A DNA stretch of 13,869 bases. Source: Verrucomicrobiota bacterium. Its GTDB lineage: Bacteria; Verrucomicrobiota; Verrucomicrobiia; Limisphaerales; CANJXF01. The notes below the pieces were generated by a model, which was not told the DNA's origin, ran no database searches, and saw nothing but the letters and a program-made list of their open reading frames with translations. Positions 1 to 11,171 of the stretch are shown here, one piece after another. The position numbers were made by a program, and so were the translations under genes. Location: assembly GCA_038214755.1 (NCBI GenBank), contig JBBQRQ010000121.1, positions 1 to 13,869 of the forward strand, given 5' to 3'. Every line of letters starts with the position of its first letter. The stretch's first letter is position 1.

Positions 1-61
1 GCAGATCGCACGGCAGGAACATCGGTGTTTGGCGGTCGAGATTGACGAATCGTGCAGGCAT
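1..61 (-). CDS. IS1182-family transposase, N-terminal 20 codons only (partial)
   Basis: Not in the ORF track. ATG at 61-59 gives MPARFVNLDRQTPMFLPCDL..., matching the typical IS1182 start (RFxxxDRxxxxLLPxxLxxW). GAGGAGG lies at 88-82 upstream. Confidence 0.75.
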   Translation of the reverse strand, partial: MPARFVNLDRQTPMFLPCDL

Positions 62-140
62 ATTTTACTGATGCTCGCACGCCTCCTCGCATTCAAAAAT
101 TTTTAAAAAAATCTTTCGGCTAAGTCCGACAGGCTGCTAG
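1..140 (-). mobile_element. Left end of an IS1182-family insertion sequence (element continues off the window start)
   Basis: The minus strand reads CTAG (140-137, probable target site), then CAGCCTGTCGGACTTA (136-121), which resembles IS1182-type terminal inverted repeats. A transposase-like N-terminus starts at 61. The junction coincides with the abrupt end of the kinase-WD40 ORF (...IAVL|AACRT*). Confidence 0.8.
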
Positions 141-2566
141 CACTGCGATGTCCTCGTTCTTGACCCAGTCCCAGAGACGGACGCAATACTGTTGGAAGAT
201 CGGCAACGCAACCACGGTCTTGTCGGGCGCGAACGGATCCTGTGAGTCCCTCGCGAATTGCTCTCTGAAGTCGGTCGTGCGTTCAAAATTGCCTACGGTG
301 TAAATTGCACCCCCGTCCACCGAAAGACAGCAGAGGTGTTTCCCATCCGGACTGAAACTGAGACTTGAGACCCACTCAAAGCCCGGCTTCAAGCGGTGCA
401 TCCGTTGGCCAGTGTTTAAGTCCCAAACGTCTATTGAGAAATGGTTCCCATCTGGCGTTTCAAATGATTCCGTTGCAAGAAGCTCACCGTTTGGGGCTAG
501 AGCCACATGCGGAAAATCTTGAGTTGAAAACTCGAAACGTTGCACCACTGCCCCGCTCTTGAGATCAACGAGCTTGCCCGAACGTCGGGGATTGAGGTCA
601 CAAGCAGCGACAAACAGACCCTTGGCAGAGGTCAGACATTCGACGGCCCCTGGCAGCGCAATTTTCTCGGCTTCGCGCCAGTGACCGTCTGCTTCGCGGC
701 TCCAAACATGGAGACGTGCCGCAGCGGTTCTTTCCTCCAGCGTTTTCAGATCGGGTACACGCACAGTGTAGAGTTGATCCCCTGTGGCATTGAAGCAAAG
801 TCCCCCGCGATCAAACGGCCGATGTTCGCCGTCCAAACGGAAATGGGCAATTTCCGCTCCCGAAGGCAATTGCCGCAGCAGAATGCTTTCATCTGATAGG
901 AGGAACGCCGCCACTCGACCGCTCGGATCGAGCCGCGTTAGCTCTATTGTTGCGTCGGTCGGAAAATCGGTAAACGTGGTGGGGGCCAGACCGATAAAGT
1001 CCCCCAAACAAGCCACCGCTTCGCGCCGCAAATCGACCGTATCTTTTTTCACAATGTTGAGAGCACGAGCCTGCGTGAGGAGTGCAAAGACCTCGTCGCG
1101 ATAGCCCACCCGACGAGCGATGCGCGTGGCACGGGCTTCATTTACAAGGGACCGGTAAAGGCGTTCTTCCGCCAAGGCTCGCTCCTTCGCTTCGCCTACC
1201 TGCGCCTCTTGCGCATCTTGGCGCAGTCGGCTTTGGACGCCGAGGGCTTCCTTTTCTTTGAAGAACAGCCAAGTGGAAAGTCCTAGACCGAGGAGAATCG
1301 CTGCGACGATTGCACTGGCGGCAGCGAACGCGAGCTTGTTCCTCCGAACCAGTTTCTGGAAACGATAGAAGCTGCTTGGCGGACGGGCTACAACCGGCTC
1401 ATTGGCCAGGTGCCGCTTGAGGTCCAGCGCCAGACCGTTGGGCGTTTCATAACGGCGCGTACGGTCTTTTTCCAGCGCCTTCATCACGATCCAATCCAAG
1501 TCGCCCCGCACCATATAGATGAGCTTGGGTGGGTCGGAGTGGCGATGTCGGGCCGTGTCGGTTAGTTCGCCTTCAAGCATCGTGCTCAAGCGAGTCGAGG
1601 GGCGCACTGGCTCTTTCTCCCGGATGGTGCGGCGCATTTCATCCAGCCCCACTGCCAACAAATCCTTCGTTTCGAAGGGGGTTTTGCCCGTAAGCAATTC
1701 ATAAAGCAGCACGCCCAGGCTGTAGATGTCACTACGTGTATCAATGTCCAGCGCGTTCATCTCCGCTTGCTCAGGACTCATGTAGGCGGGCGTGCCGAGG
1801 AATTGCTCGAAGGCGGTATAGACTGTCTTGTCGGTCAATCGCTGGTCGGTGGTGGCCTTGGCAATGCCGAAGTCAATGACCATGGGCGCGGGTACGCCGT
1901 CGTGGAGCGTGACGAGGACATTCGACGGCTTGATGTCGCGATGGATGATGCCTTTTTGGTGCGCATGCTGGATGGCCGAGCAGACTTGAATGAAAAGTTT
2001 AAGCCGGTCTTCGGTGGAAAGGTTGTTCTTGTCGCAGTAGTCGGTGATCTTGATGCCGCGCACCAGTTCCATGACGAAGTAAGGCCGACCCGAGTCAGTC
2101 GCGCCCGCGTCAAGAACTTTGGCGATATTCGGATGGTCCATGAGCGCGAGGGCCTGTCTCTCGGCTTCGAAACGGGCGACGACTTGCTTGGTGTCCATGC
2201 CGAGCTTGATAACCTTGAGCGCGACGCGGCGACGCACGGGTTCTTCCTGATCGGCCACATAGACCACGCCGCAACGCCCTCACCGATTTGTTCGCGGAGT
2301 TTGTAGCGCCCGATCTTGTCGCCCGGCTTTTCAGTCACAGGAATCATGCTCGTGTGGACGAGGAAAGTCTTGGAAGAGACTCCGCCTACCGCCTCTTGCA
2401 GGAATTCTCCGGCCTGATCGTGCGCTTCAAGAAGTGAGTCGATGCGTTGGCGAAGTTGAGCGTCATTGCCGCAGGCTTTCAAAAGGAATGCGGCGCGCTG
2501 TTCGGGCTTGGTGAATTGCAAGGCTTCCGTGAATAGACGTTTCTCGATCTCTGGGTCAAAGTTCAT
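120..2566 (-). pseudogene. Hanks-type Ser/Thr protein kinase with TM helix and WD40 repeats; frameshifted at ~2275 and truncated by the IS at ~140
   Basis: ORF 2566 supplies the N-terminus (..[36 protein letters not shown]). ORF 2267..120 continues with [26 protein letters not shown] and [10 protein letters not shown], then a TM segment ([24 protein letters not shown]) and WD40-like repeats ([16 protein letters not shown]). Restoring one G gives GEGGCGVVY. The propeller ends at the IS boundary. Confidence 0.85.
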
Positions 2567-2833
2567 GGGTGCGTGGTTGTTCTACCGCATCGAATCTGCT
2601 ATGCCAACACTCCAATTAATCCCGCAGTTTGAGCAGTTTTCAGATTTCAGGTTCCCAACCACTCACTCATGCGGAATGTGGAACGAAAAGCTATCAAAAA
2701 TATTTCACGGAACTGATTGATAGGTTTTCGCCAGGAATCTCGCATTACTGGTTGAAGCGGCCAGTCGGGATGATTGGTCCACAAACAGCAATCTATGAAG
2801 ACAACTATTCCCATGTCAGAAACGAAAAACACT

Positions 2834-4465
2834 ATGAAAAAATCGATCAAACAATCATCAGCGATCCTTTGGCTCTCCCTCGCGTCCGCGACCCAGTTGT
2901 TGGGTCAATCTCCAACCAATGGATTGCGCGGAGACTATTTCAACAATCCAAATCTAACAGGGACAGCGGTTACACGGATTGATCCTCAAATCAGCTTTAA
3001 TTGGGGGGGAGGATCTCCTGATCCAAGGATCAGCAGCGTTGATTTTTCCGTGCGGTGGACTGGCGCGATTGAACCGCTTTATTCCGAGCCGTACACATTT
3101 TTCACCGTTACGGACGATGGTGTGCGGTTGTGGGTAGATGGCAAACGCATCATTAGCGACTGGACAGGTCACAGCCCACTCGAGAACGCCAGCTTTCCAA
3201 TTCAGCTTGAAGCCGGACAACGATACACCGTCCAAATGGAGTACTTCGATGGTCTCAATGGGGCTTTTGCGTCTTTGGGATGGTCCAGTCCGAGCCAATC
3301 GAAGATGAATATCTTACCCAACCGTTTGTTTCCATTCCCAGGCCCATCGAATCATCCCCCAAACCGGCCGGTGTTCAGCTTTCCCACATGGGCTTCAAAC
3401 CCGGTCAGTGCAACGAATCTCGCGATGGGCACTGATTTCTTTTCCGATATCGACATGTTCACGATATCGGGCCACGGTCATGCAGCGTCGGAATGGGAAA
3501 TTTGGACTGTTCGTCCGTTGCAACTCGTCTGGAGTTACCTGAATTCCGGCACCTCGAATCTTCTGACTGGTAAGTTAAGTAGTGGAACGTTCCTTAATTC
3601 ATACGTAGGGAAAACTGCTTTGCTCGACAACATGCGTTACCAATTGCGGGTGCGTCACAAGGACAATAGCGGCGATCCTGCCACTCAGTGGAGCGAATGG
3701 GCCGAACAACCATTTGATACGATTCAACGTACTATTCTGGTTGAAAGCACTTTCAACACTGACACGGATGGTTGGACAACTTGGGATCACCAACCGCCAT
3801 TCTACAATGCGACATGGACTACGGCTGGAGGTGGGGCAATCCAGTTCAGCGAGGGCAATGGGGACGGAGCCACCACATTTTGGCAAGCCCCATCGAAATT
3901 TCTTGGAGACAAGTCGGTTGCTTACAATGGTTACTTGTCTTTCGATGTATGGCACTCAACAACCGCTTCCTATTATCTCGGATCTGGCATAACTCTCGGT
4001 GGCTCGGGAATGGAGTTTCACTTCGACATCTTTCCTCGAAATCCAGGTACGAGCCGGACGTCCTACAAAGTAGCGCTCAACGAACAGGCAGGATGGAGGA
4101 AGAGCAATCTAAATGGGCCCGCCCCTACACAATCCGAAATGATGATGTTACTTCGCGATCTGAAGTGGGTTCGTATTCGGGGCGAATATCGGAATGGAAA
4201 CAACGAAACAGGTTTCCTGGACAATGTACGCATTCTCGATCCTGACTTTACCGAACGCGTGTTTTTAACCTCAACCCAGACTGGAAGCATGTTTTACCTG
4301 GCATGGCCTACTAACGCGCCGGGATTCCAACTGCAATGGACAGAAACTCTCGCGCCATCCAACTGGCAGTCGTTGAGCATTGTTCCGTTGGCGTCGAATG
4401 GTTTGTTTCATGTCGGAATCCCAGCTACGAACGGCACGGCCTTTTTCCGATTGTCGAAACCCTGA
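2834..4465 (+). CDS. Secreted multidomain protein: signal peptide, PA14 domain, FN3-like segment, laminin IV (laminin B)-like domain, verrucomicrobial C-terminal domain
   Basis: Signal peptide MKKSIKQSSAILWLSLASATQLLGQ (start 2834 chosen; upstream in-frame ATGs exist). PA14 motifs GLRGDYFNN, FSVRWTG and DDGVRLWVDG (~2915-3337). YQLRVRHKD..WSEW FN3-like segment. Laminin-IV-like FWQAPSKFLGDKSVAYNGYLSF and IRGEY (~3730-4240). C-terminus LAWP..GFQLQ..NW..FFRL. Confidence 0.85.
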   Translation: MKKSIKQSSAILWLSLASATQLLGQSPTNGLRGDYFNNPNLTGTAVTRIDPQISFNWGGGSPDPRISSVDFSVRWTGAIEPLYSEPYTFFTVTDDGVRLWVDGKRIISDWTGHSPLENASFPIQLEAGQRYTVQMEYFDGLNGAFASLGWSSPSQSKMNILPNRLFPFPGPSNHPPNRPVFSFPTWASNPVSATNLAMGTDFFSDIDMFTISGHGHAASEWEIWTVRPLQLVWSYLNSGTSNLLTGKLSSGTFLNSYVGKTALLDNMRYQLRVRHKDNSGDPATQWSEWAEQPFDTIQRTILVESTFNTDTDGWTTWDHQPPFYNATWTTAGGGAIQFSEGNGDGATTFWQAPSKFLGDKSVAYNGYLSFDVWHSTTASYYLGSGITLGGSGMEFHFDIFPRNPGTSRTSYKVALNEQAGWRKSNLNGPAPTQSEMMMLLRDLKWVRIRGEYRNGNNETGFLDNVRILDPDFTERVFLTSTQTGSMFYLAWPTNAPGFQLQWTETLAPSNWQSLSIVPLASNGLFHVGIPATNGTAFFRLSKP

Positions 4466-4553
4466 CCCATTATTCAATCGTAAATCCTGAATCCTATGAG
4501 GAAATCATACATCTGCTTAACGCGATGCTCACGGCGGGATTGTTGGCGGCGCG

Positions 4554-4685
4554 TCATCCGAACAAATCCATTTGCGGCGGAGGGGTGAGGTCTTTGAGTT
4601 TTTCGCGTTCGGCGCGGTGGCGCGAAGTCTGGCGGACTTTTCCTTCCGGCGTGAGTTCGGAATTTGCCAGATTGCCCGGGATTTC
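4554..4685 (-). repeat. Diverged direct-repeat copy of the mutS 3' end (counterpart 5028-5159)
   Basis: Translates to EIPGNLANSELTPEGKVRQTSRHRAEREKLKDLTPPPQMDLFG* versus mutS EILRNLEESELTPEGKVRQTSRHRAEREKLKDLAPPPQMDLFG*. By manual count there are 13 differences in the terminal 108 nt, with only one amino-acid change. Confidence 0.95.
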
Positions 4686-4730
4686 GCGGCGCCTCTGATA
4701 AGGGTCGTGGTTTGGGCGATCGTTTAAGGG

Positions 4731-4946
4731 CTAACCCATTGGAAGATTTCCGACTTCACGCAGAGAGTTAATGTGAATCGGGTCGAGAATGTCCACGTAA
4801 CCCTCCTCATCTGCCACAATCACACTCCGCCTGGTCACCATGATGAACTCCTTATGAGGCACCGGGAACTCACGACCGTCTGACGTTCGAATCACAAACG
4901 GCTTGAACCCATTTGAAAGGCGCTTTTGGATGTCTTCCAGGTTCAT
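4731..4946 (-). CDS. Small hypothetical protein (71 aa) of a PVC-type family with a PFxIxxSDGxxxxVxHxE motif
   Basis: ATG-started ORF, co-oriented with and downstream of mutS. FKPFVIRTSDGREFPVPHKEFIMV resembles small uncharacterised proteins I recognise from Planctomycetota/Verrucomicrobiota. Confidence 0.7.
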   Translation of the reverse strand: MNLEDIQKRLSNGFKPFVIRTSDGREFPVPHKEFIMVTRRSVIVADEEGYVDILDPIHINSLREVGNLPMG

Positions 4947-5027
4947 ACCCCATACTCATGCGCGTGAATTCAGAGGTGGTCAAGAAGACTTTCCGGATTC
5001 TGACCATTGATAATTTCTTGCCCGTTG

Positions 5028-8228
<3,201 letters not shown>

Positions 8229-8414
8229 CGCAAAAGGTTTTGGCAGAATAGACGGAATGAACAGGAAAATTTCCGAAACGGATAGACTCCTGTTTTTTTG
8301 GACGCGTCCTTTTTCTGATTCCGCGAGGCCAAAAATTCGCTGGACAAAAATCAGGGTGTGGCCTGATTGATTTGCCCGGCAGAGGGGACGAAAACTTATC
8401 CGCAACTTAAAATT

Positions 8415-8849
8415 ATGAAAAGCGCGCAAAGGGAGACAGTGGACGAGGAATTCAAGCGAGTGGCCGGGGACGACGGAGAAGAGGGAGATTGGGGTTTGTT
8501 TGGCTCCATCCAGCGAGTTGTCCTGACGACGCTGGCCGCTTTGCAAAGCCGTCTGGAATTATTCGCGGTGGAATCCAAAGAGTTGAAAGTCCGCGCTTTC
8601 TCGCTCGCGGCTTTGGGAATCGCTCTGGTTTTTTTCGGCCTGATGACAATTTTTTCCCTGATGGCGACCATCGTTTTTTTGCTTTGGACCCAGGGATTGC
8701 TGGTGCTGATTGGGTTTAGTATTTTTTTCGTGGTTGTCGCTGTCGGAAGTTTTGTTGTGGCCAGCAGGCAGTTAAATAAAATTCCGTTCGGCGACTCCGT
8801 CGATCAACTCAGGAAAGACCGCGATCTACTTTCGAAGGAACGTCTTTGA
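8415..8849 (+). CDS. Phage-holin-family / YqjE-like two-TM membrane protein
   Basis: LQSRLELFAVESKE, two hydrophobic helices and the C-terminal PFGDSVDQLRKDR fit YqjE/Phage_holin_3_6-type proteins. Start could also be GTG 8439. Confidence 0.8.
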   Translation: MKSAQRETVDEEFKRVAGDDGEEGDWGLFGSIQRVVLTTLAALQSRLELFAVESKELKVRAFSLAALGIALVFFGLMTIFSLMATIVFLLWTQGLLVLIGFSIFFVVVAVGSFVVASRQLNKIPFGDSVDQLRKDRDLLSKERL

Positions 8850-8856
8850 AGGGAGG

Positions 8857-8950
<94 letters not shown>

Positions 8951-9054
8951 GCGTCCAATGAAACTCACGGACACAATTTGCTCAAGAGAATTTTCCGAAA
9001 TTCAGGGCCGTGAAAAAATTTTCAGCAGGCGTGATACAGGGGGAATAGGGAATT

Positions 9055-9078
9055 ACGCTTCAACGCTTCAACGCTTCA
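9055..9078. repeat. Short tandem repeat (ACGCTTCA)x3
   Basis: Three perfect 8-bp units, 10 nt beyond the kinase stop codon. Confidence 0.85.
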
Positions 9079-9088
9079 CGAGTGTCCC

Positions 9089-9937
9089 TCACTTCACATA
9101 CAGCGCTTCCTGCAAATCGCGCACCACCACGCTGGCATACGGATAACGTTTCTCCGGCTCGCGCTCCAAACATTTTAAAACAATTTTTTCGAGGGCGGGA
9201 GGAATTTGATTGAACTCACTCGGCGGGATCGGCGGGCCAAGTTGTTGTTTCGCTGAAATCTCCGCAGGCGAATCGCCGGCAAACGGTTTGCGCGAGGTGA
9301 GTAACTCGTAGGCCGTCACACCATAAGCAAAAATATCCGCCCGCTGATCGATGGCTTTGTGCTGGAGTTGTTCCGGCGGCATGTAAGCGGGTGTGCCCGG
9401 ATTCCTGGAAAACTTTTTTGGCTGCTCCGGCTTGGGCTGCGCCAGATCGAAATCGACCAGACGAATGTGACCGTTGCGCGTCACCAGAATATTTTCCGGC
9501 TTGAAATCCAAATGGATAAAGCCGCTGTCATGCACGTGTTCGAGGGCCGTCGCCATATCGAGCAAAATGTTCGCCACATTTTCGGCCAGCACCGGATCGC
9601 TCCGCAGCATCAACTCCTTCAGGTTCGAGCTTTCGACATATTCCATCAGCAGGTAGGGCAGGTTTTCAATCTTGCCATGCTCGACGTAGCCGATGACGTA
9701 ATCGTGGTTGTGAATTTTGGCGAGAACGTTGCAGCCGTGAAAAAATCTTCTGCGCGCCAGCAGGTTCAGCTTGAATTGGGTTTGGAGATGGCGCAGCGCA
9801 AAGGTTTTTCCGCTCGGATCGGTGGCGACCCAAATATCAGCCGCGCCCCCGCTGTTGATCAACTCCTGTAAATAAAATTTTCCAAATTGTTTTGAGGCGG
9901 GTTTTTCATTGGATCCCTCCAGCGCATTAGAGTCCAT
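9089..9937 (-). CDS. Stand-alone Ser/Thr protein kinase-like protein (282 aa) with atypical motifs
   Basis: INSGGAADIW, LLMEYVE, HLDFKPEN, LVDFDLA, GTPAYMPPEQ, ADIFAYG and CLEREPEKR. Start placed at MDSNALE because the upstream extension runs through a REP-like element and a promoter-like sequence. Confidence 0.9.
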   Translation of the reverse strand: MDSNALEGSNEKPASKQFGKFYLQELINSGGAADIWVATDPSGKTFALRHLQTQFKLNLLARRRFFHGCNVLAKIHNHDYVIGYVEHGKIENLPYLLMEYVESSNLKELMLRSDPVLAENVANILLDMATALEHVHDSGFIHLDFKPENILVTRNGHIRLVDFDLAQPKPEQPKKFSRNPGTPAYMPPEQLQHKAIDQRADIFAYGVTAYELLTSRKPFAGDSPAEISAKQQLGPPIPPSEFNQIPPALEKIVLKCLEREPEKRYPYASVVVRDLQEALYVK

Positions 9938-9951
9938 ATACGTCGGGGCCA

Positions 9952-9980
9952 ACTTTAGGCGTCGCCTCTCCAATTTGCAA
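9952..9980 (-). promoter_or_regulatory. Putative sigma70-type promoter for the kinase gene
   Basis: Minus strand TTGCAA (9980-9975), 17-nt spacer, TAAAGT (9957-9952), 14 nt before ATG 9937. Confidence 0.45.
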
Positions 9981-10055
9981 TTTGCAAAGATTATGAGCTT
10001 GCGCGATGGCTCGCCAATTTTAATCTCCCGCGTGACATCTGCGCCGTGCAAAACT

Positions 10056-10205
10056 GTGGCGGTGGACGTCCCGTCCGCCGTAGAGCCGTGGCGTCCCGCC
10101 CGGCGGAATGACACTGAAGATAATTTCACGCGTGAACTTTTGGAGTGACCAAAGCCGGGCGGCGAGACGCACGCCCTCTACGTCAGGCAGGATGCCTGAC
10201 GCTAC
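10056..10205. repeat. Composite REP/MITE-like inverted repeat
   Basis: Left arm GTGGC-GGTGGACG-TCC-CGTCCGCC-GTAGAG..CGCCCGGC (10056-10104). Right arm, reverse-complemented: GTAGC-GTCAGGCA-TCC-TGCCTGAC-GTAGAG..CGCCCGGC (10154-10205). Same architecture with covarying 8-bp stems. Central palindrome TTCACGCGTGAA at 10125-10136. Confidence 0.8.
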
Positions 10206-11163
10206 GGCGCGGCCCATTCGTGTGCTCCTCCTTTATCTCGCATTTATTTTTCTGGGCGCGGCTTTGACCGCTCCGTGGATTTACAAATTCAGCCAGGCGA
10301 TTGATCAGCAAATTTCCGCGAGCGAGTTGGAACGCCACGACTTGATCAAACCGCTGCTCCAAACCTTGCACAAAATTGTTCGTCAACCTTTTCACCGCTA
10401 CGTCAATCGGTTGCTTTTGTTTTTCGCGTTGGCCGGTCTCTGGCCGTTCCTGCGCAGTTTGGGAATCCGTCAAGGGAGAGACCTCGGCTTCGCTCCTTTG
10501 CAATTGCATTGGAAAAAATTCTGTGCGGGATTTTTTTTCGGGTTCTGCTCGCTCGCCTTTCTGGCGGCGATGGCCATTTTGTTTGGCGCGCGCGCCTTGG
10601 ATTTTCATCAAACCGCCGGAGCGATTGCACTGAATTTATTTGCGGCGATTCTCATCGCGTTATCCGTTGCCATTCTCGAAGAAACACTTTTTCGCGGAGC
10701 GCTTTTCGGGGCGTTGCGAAAAAACGGTTCGTGGTTGCGGGCGCTGACCATTAGCAGCGGGATTTATGCCCTCGTCCATTTTTTTGCGAAAGCGGAGCCG
10801 CCAGATTCCGTGGGCTGGCTTTCCGGTTTTGTCACCCTGGCAAACATGCTGCGGGGTTTCGTTGATCTGCCAACGCTGGCGCCCGGATTTTTAAATCTCT
10901 TCATCGCCGGAGCCATTCTCGCGCTGGCTTTTCAGCGCACCGGCAATTTGTATTTTTCAATCGGTCTCCATGCCGGGTGGATTTTTTGGCTGCAATCCTA
11001 TCGGACTTTTACCGACAAAGTTTCTGGAGCCAACGTCGCATGGTGGGGCGGAAACAAAATGATTGATGGCTGGTTCGCTACGATCATGCTGGGACTCACC
11101 TGCATTTTTGCGCTTCGGATTTTCCAGGACACAACTCCCCCGCCACGAGTCGCACCGAAATAA
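10192..11163 (+). CDS. CPBP (Abi/CAAX) family intramembrane glutamic endopeptidase
   Basis: Multi-TM protein with EETLFRG, YALVHF and SIGLHAGW motifs. Start uncertain (ATG 10192 chosen). Confidence 0.9.
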   Translation: MPDATARPIRVLLLYLAFIFLGAALTAPWIYKFSQAIDQQISASELERHDLIKPLLQTLHKIVRQPFHRYVNRLLLFFALAGLWPFLRSLGIRQGRDLGFAPLQLHWKKFCAGFFFGFCSLAFLAAMAILFGARALDFHQTAGAIALNLFAAILIALSVAILEETLFRGALFGALRKNGSWLRALTISSGIYALVHFFAKAEPPDSVGWLSGFVTLANMLRGFVDLPTLAPGFLNLFIAGAILALAFQRTGNLYFSIGLHAGWIFWLQSYRTFTDKVSGANVAWWGGNKMIDGWFATIMLGLTCIFALRIFQDTTPPPRVAPK

Positions 11164-11171
11164 ACCTCCGC

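Noticed and set aside
8229..8546. 106-aa N-terminal extension of MutS in the ORF track
   Set aside because: MutS homology starts at MSDEPQLTPMM (8228), and the extension overlaps the divergent membrane-protein gene.
9938..10129. N-terminal extension of the kinase to 10129
   Set aside because: It runs through the REP-like element and a plausible promoter, and has no kinase-related content.
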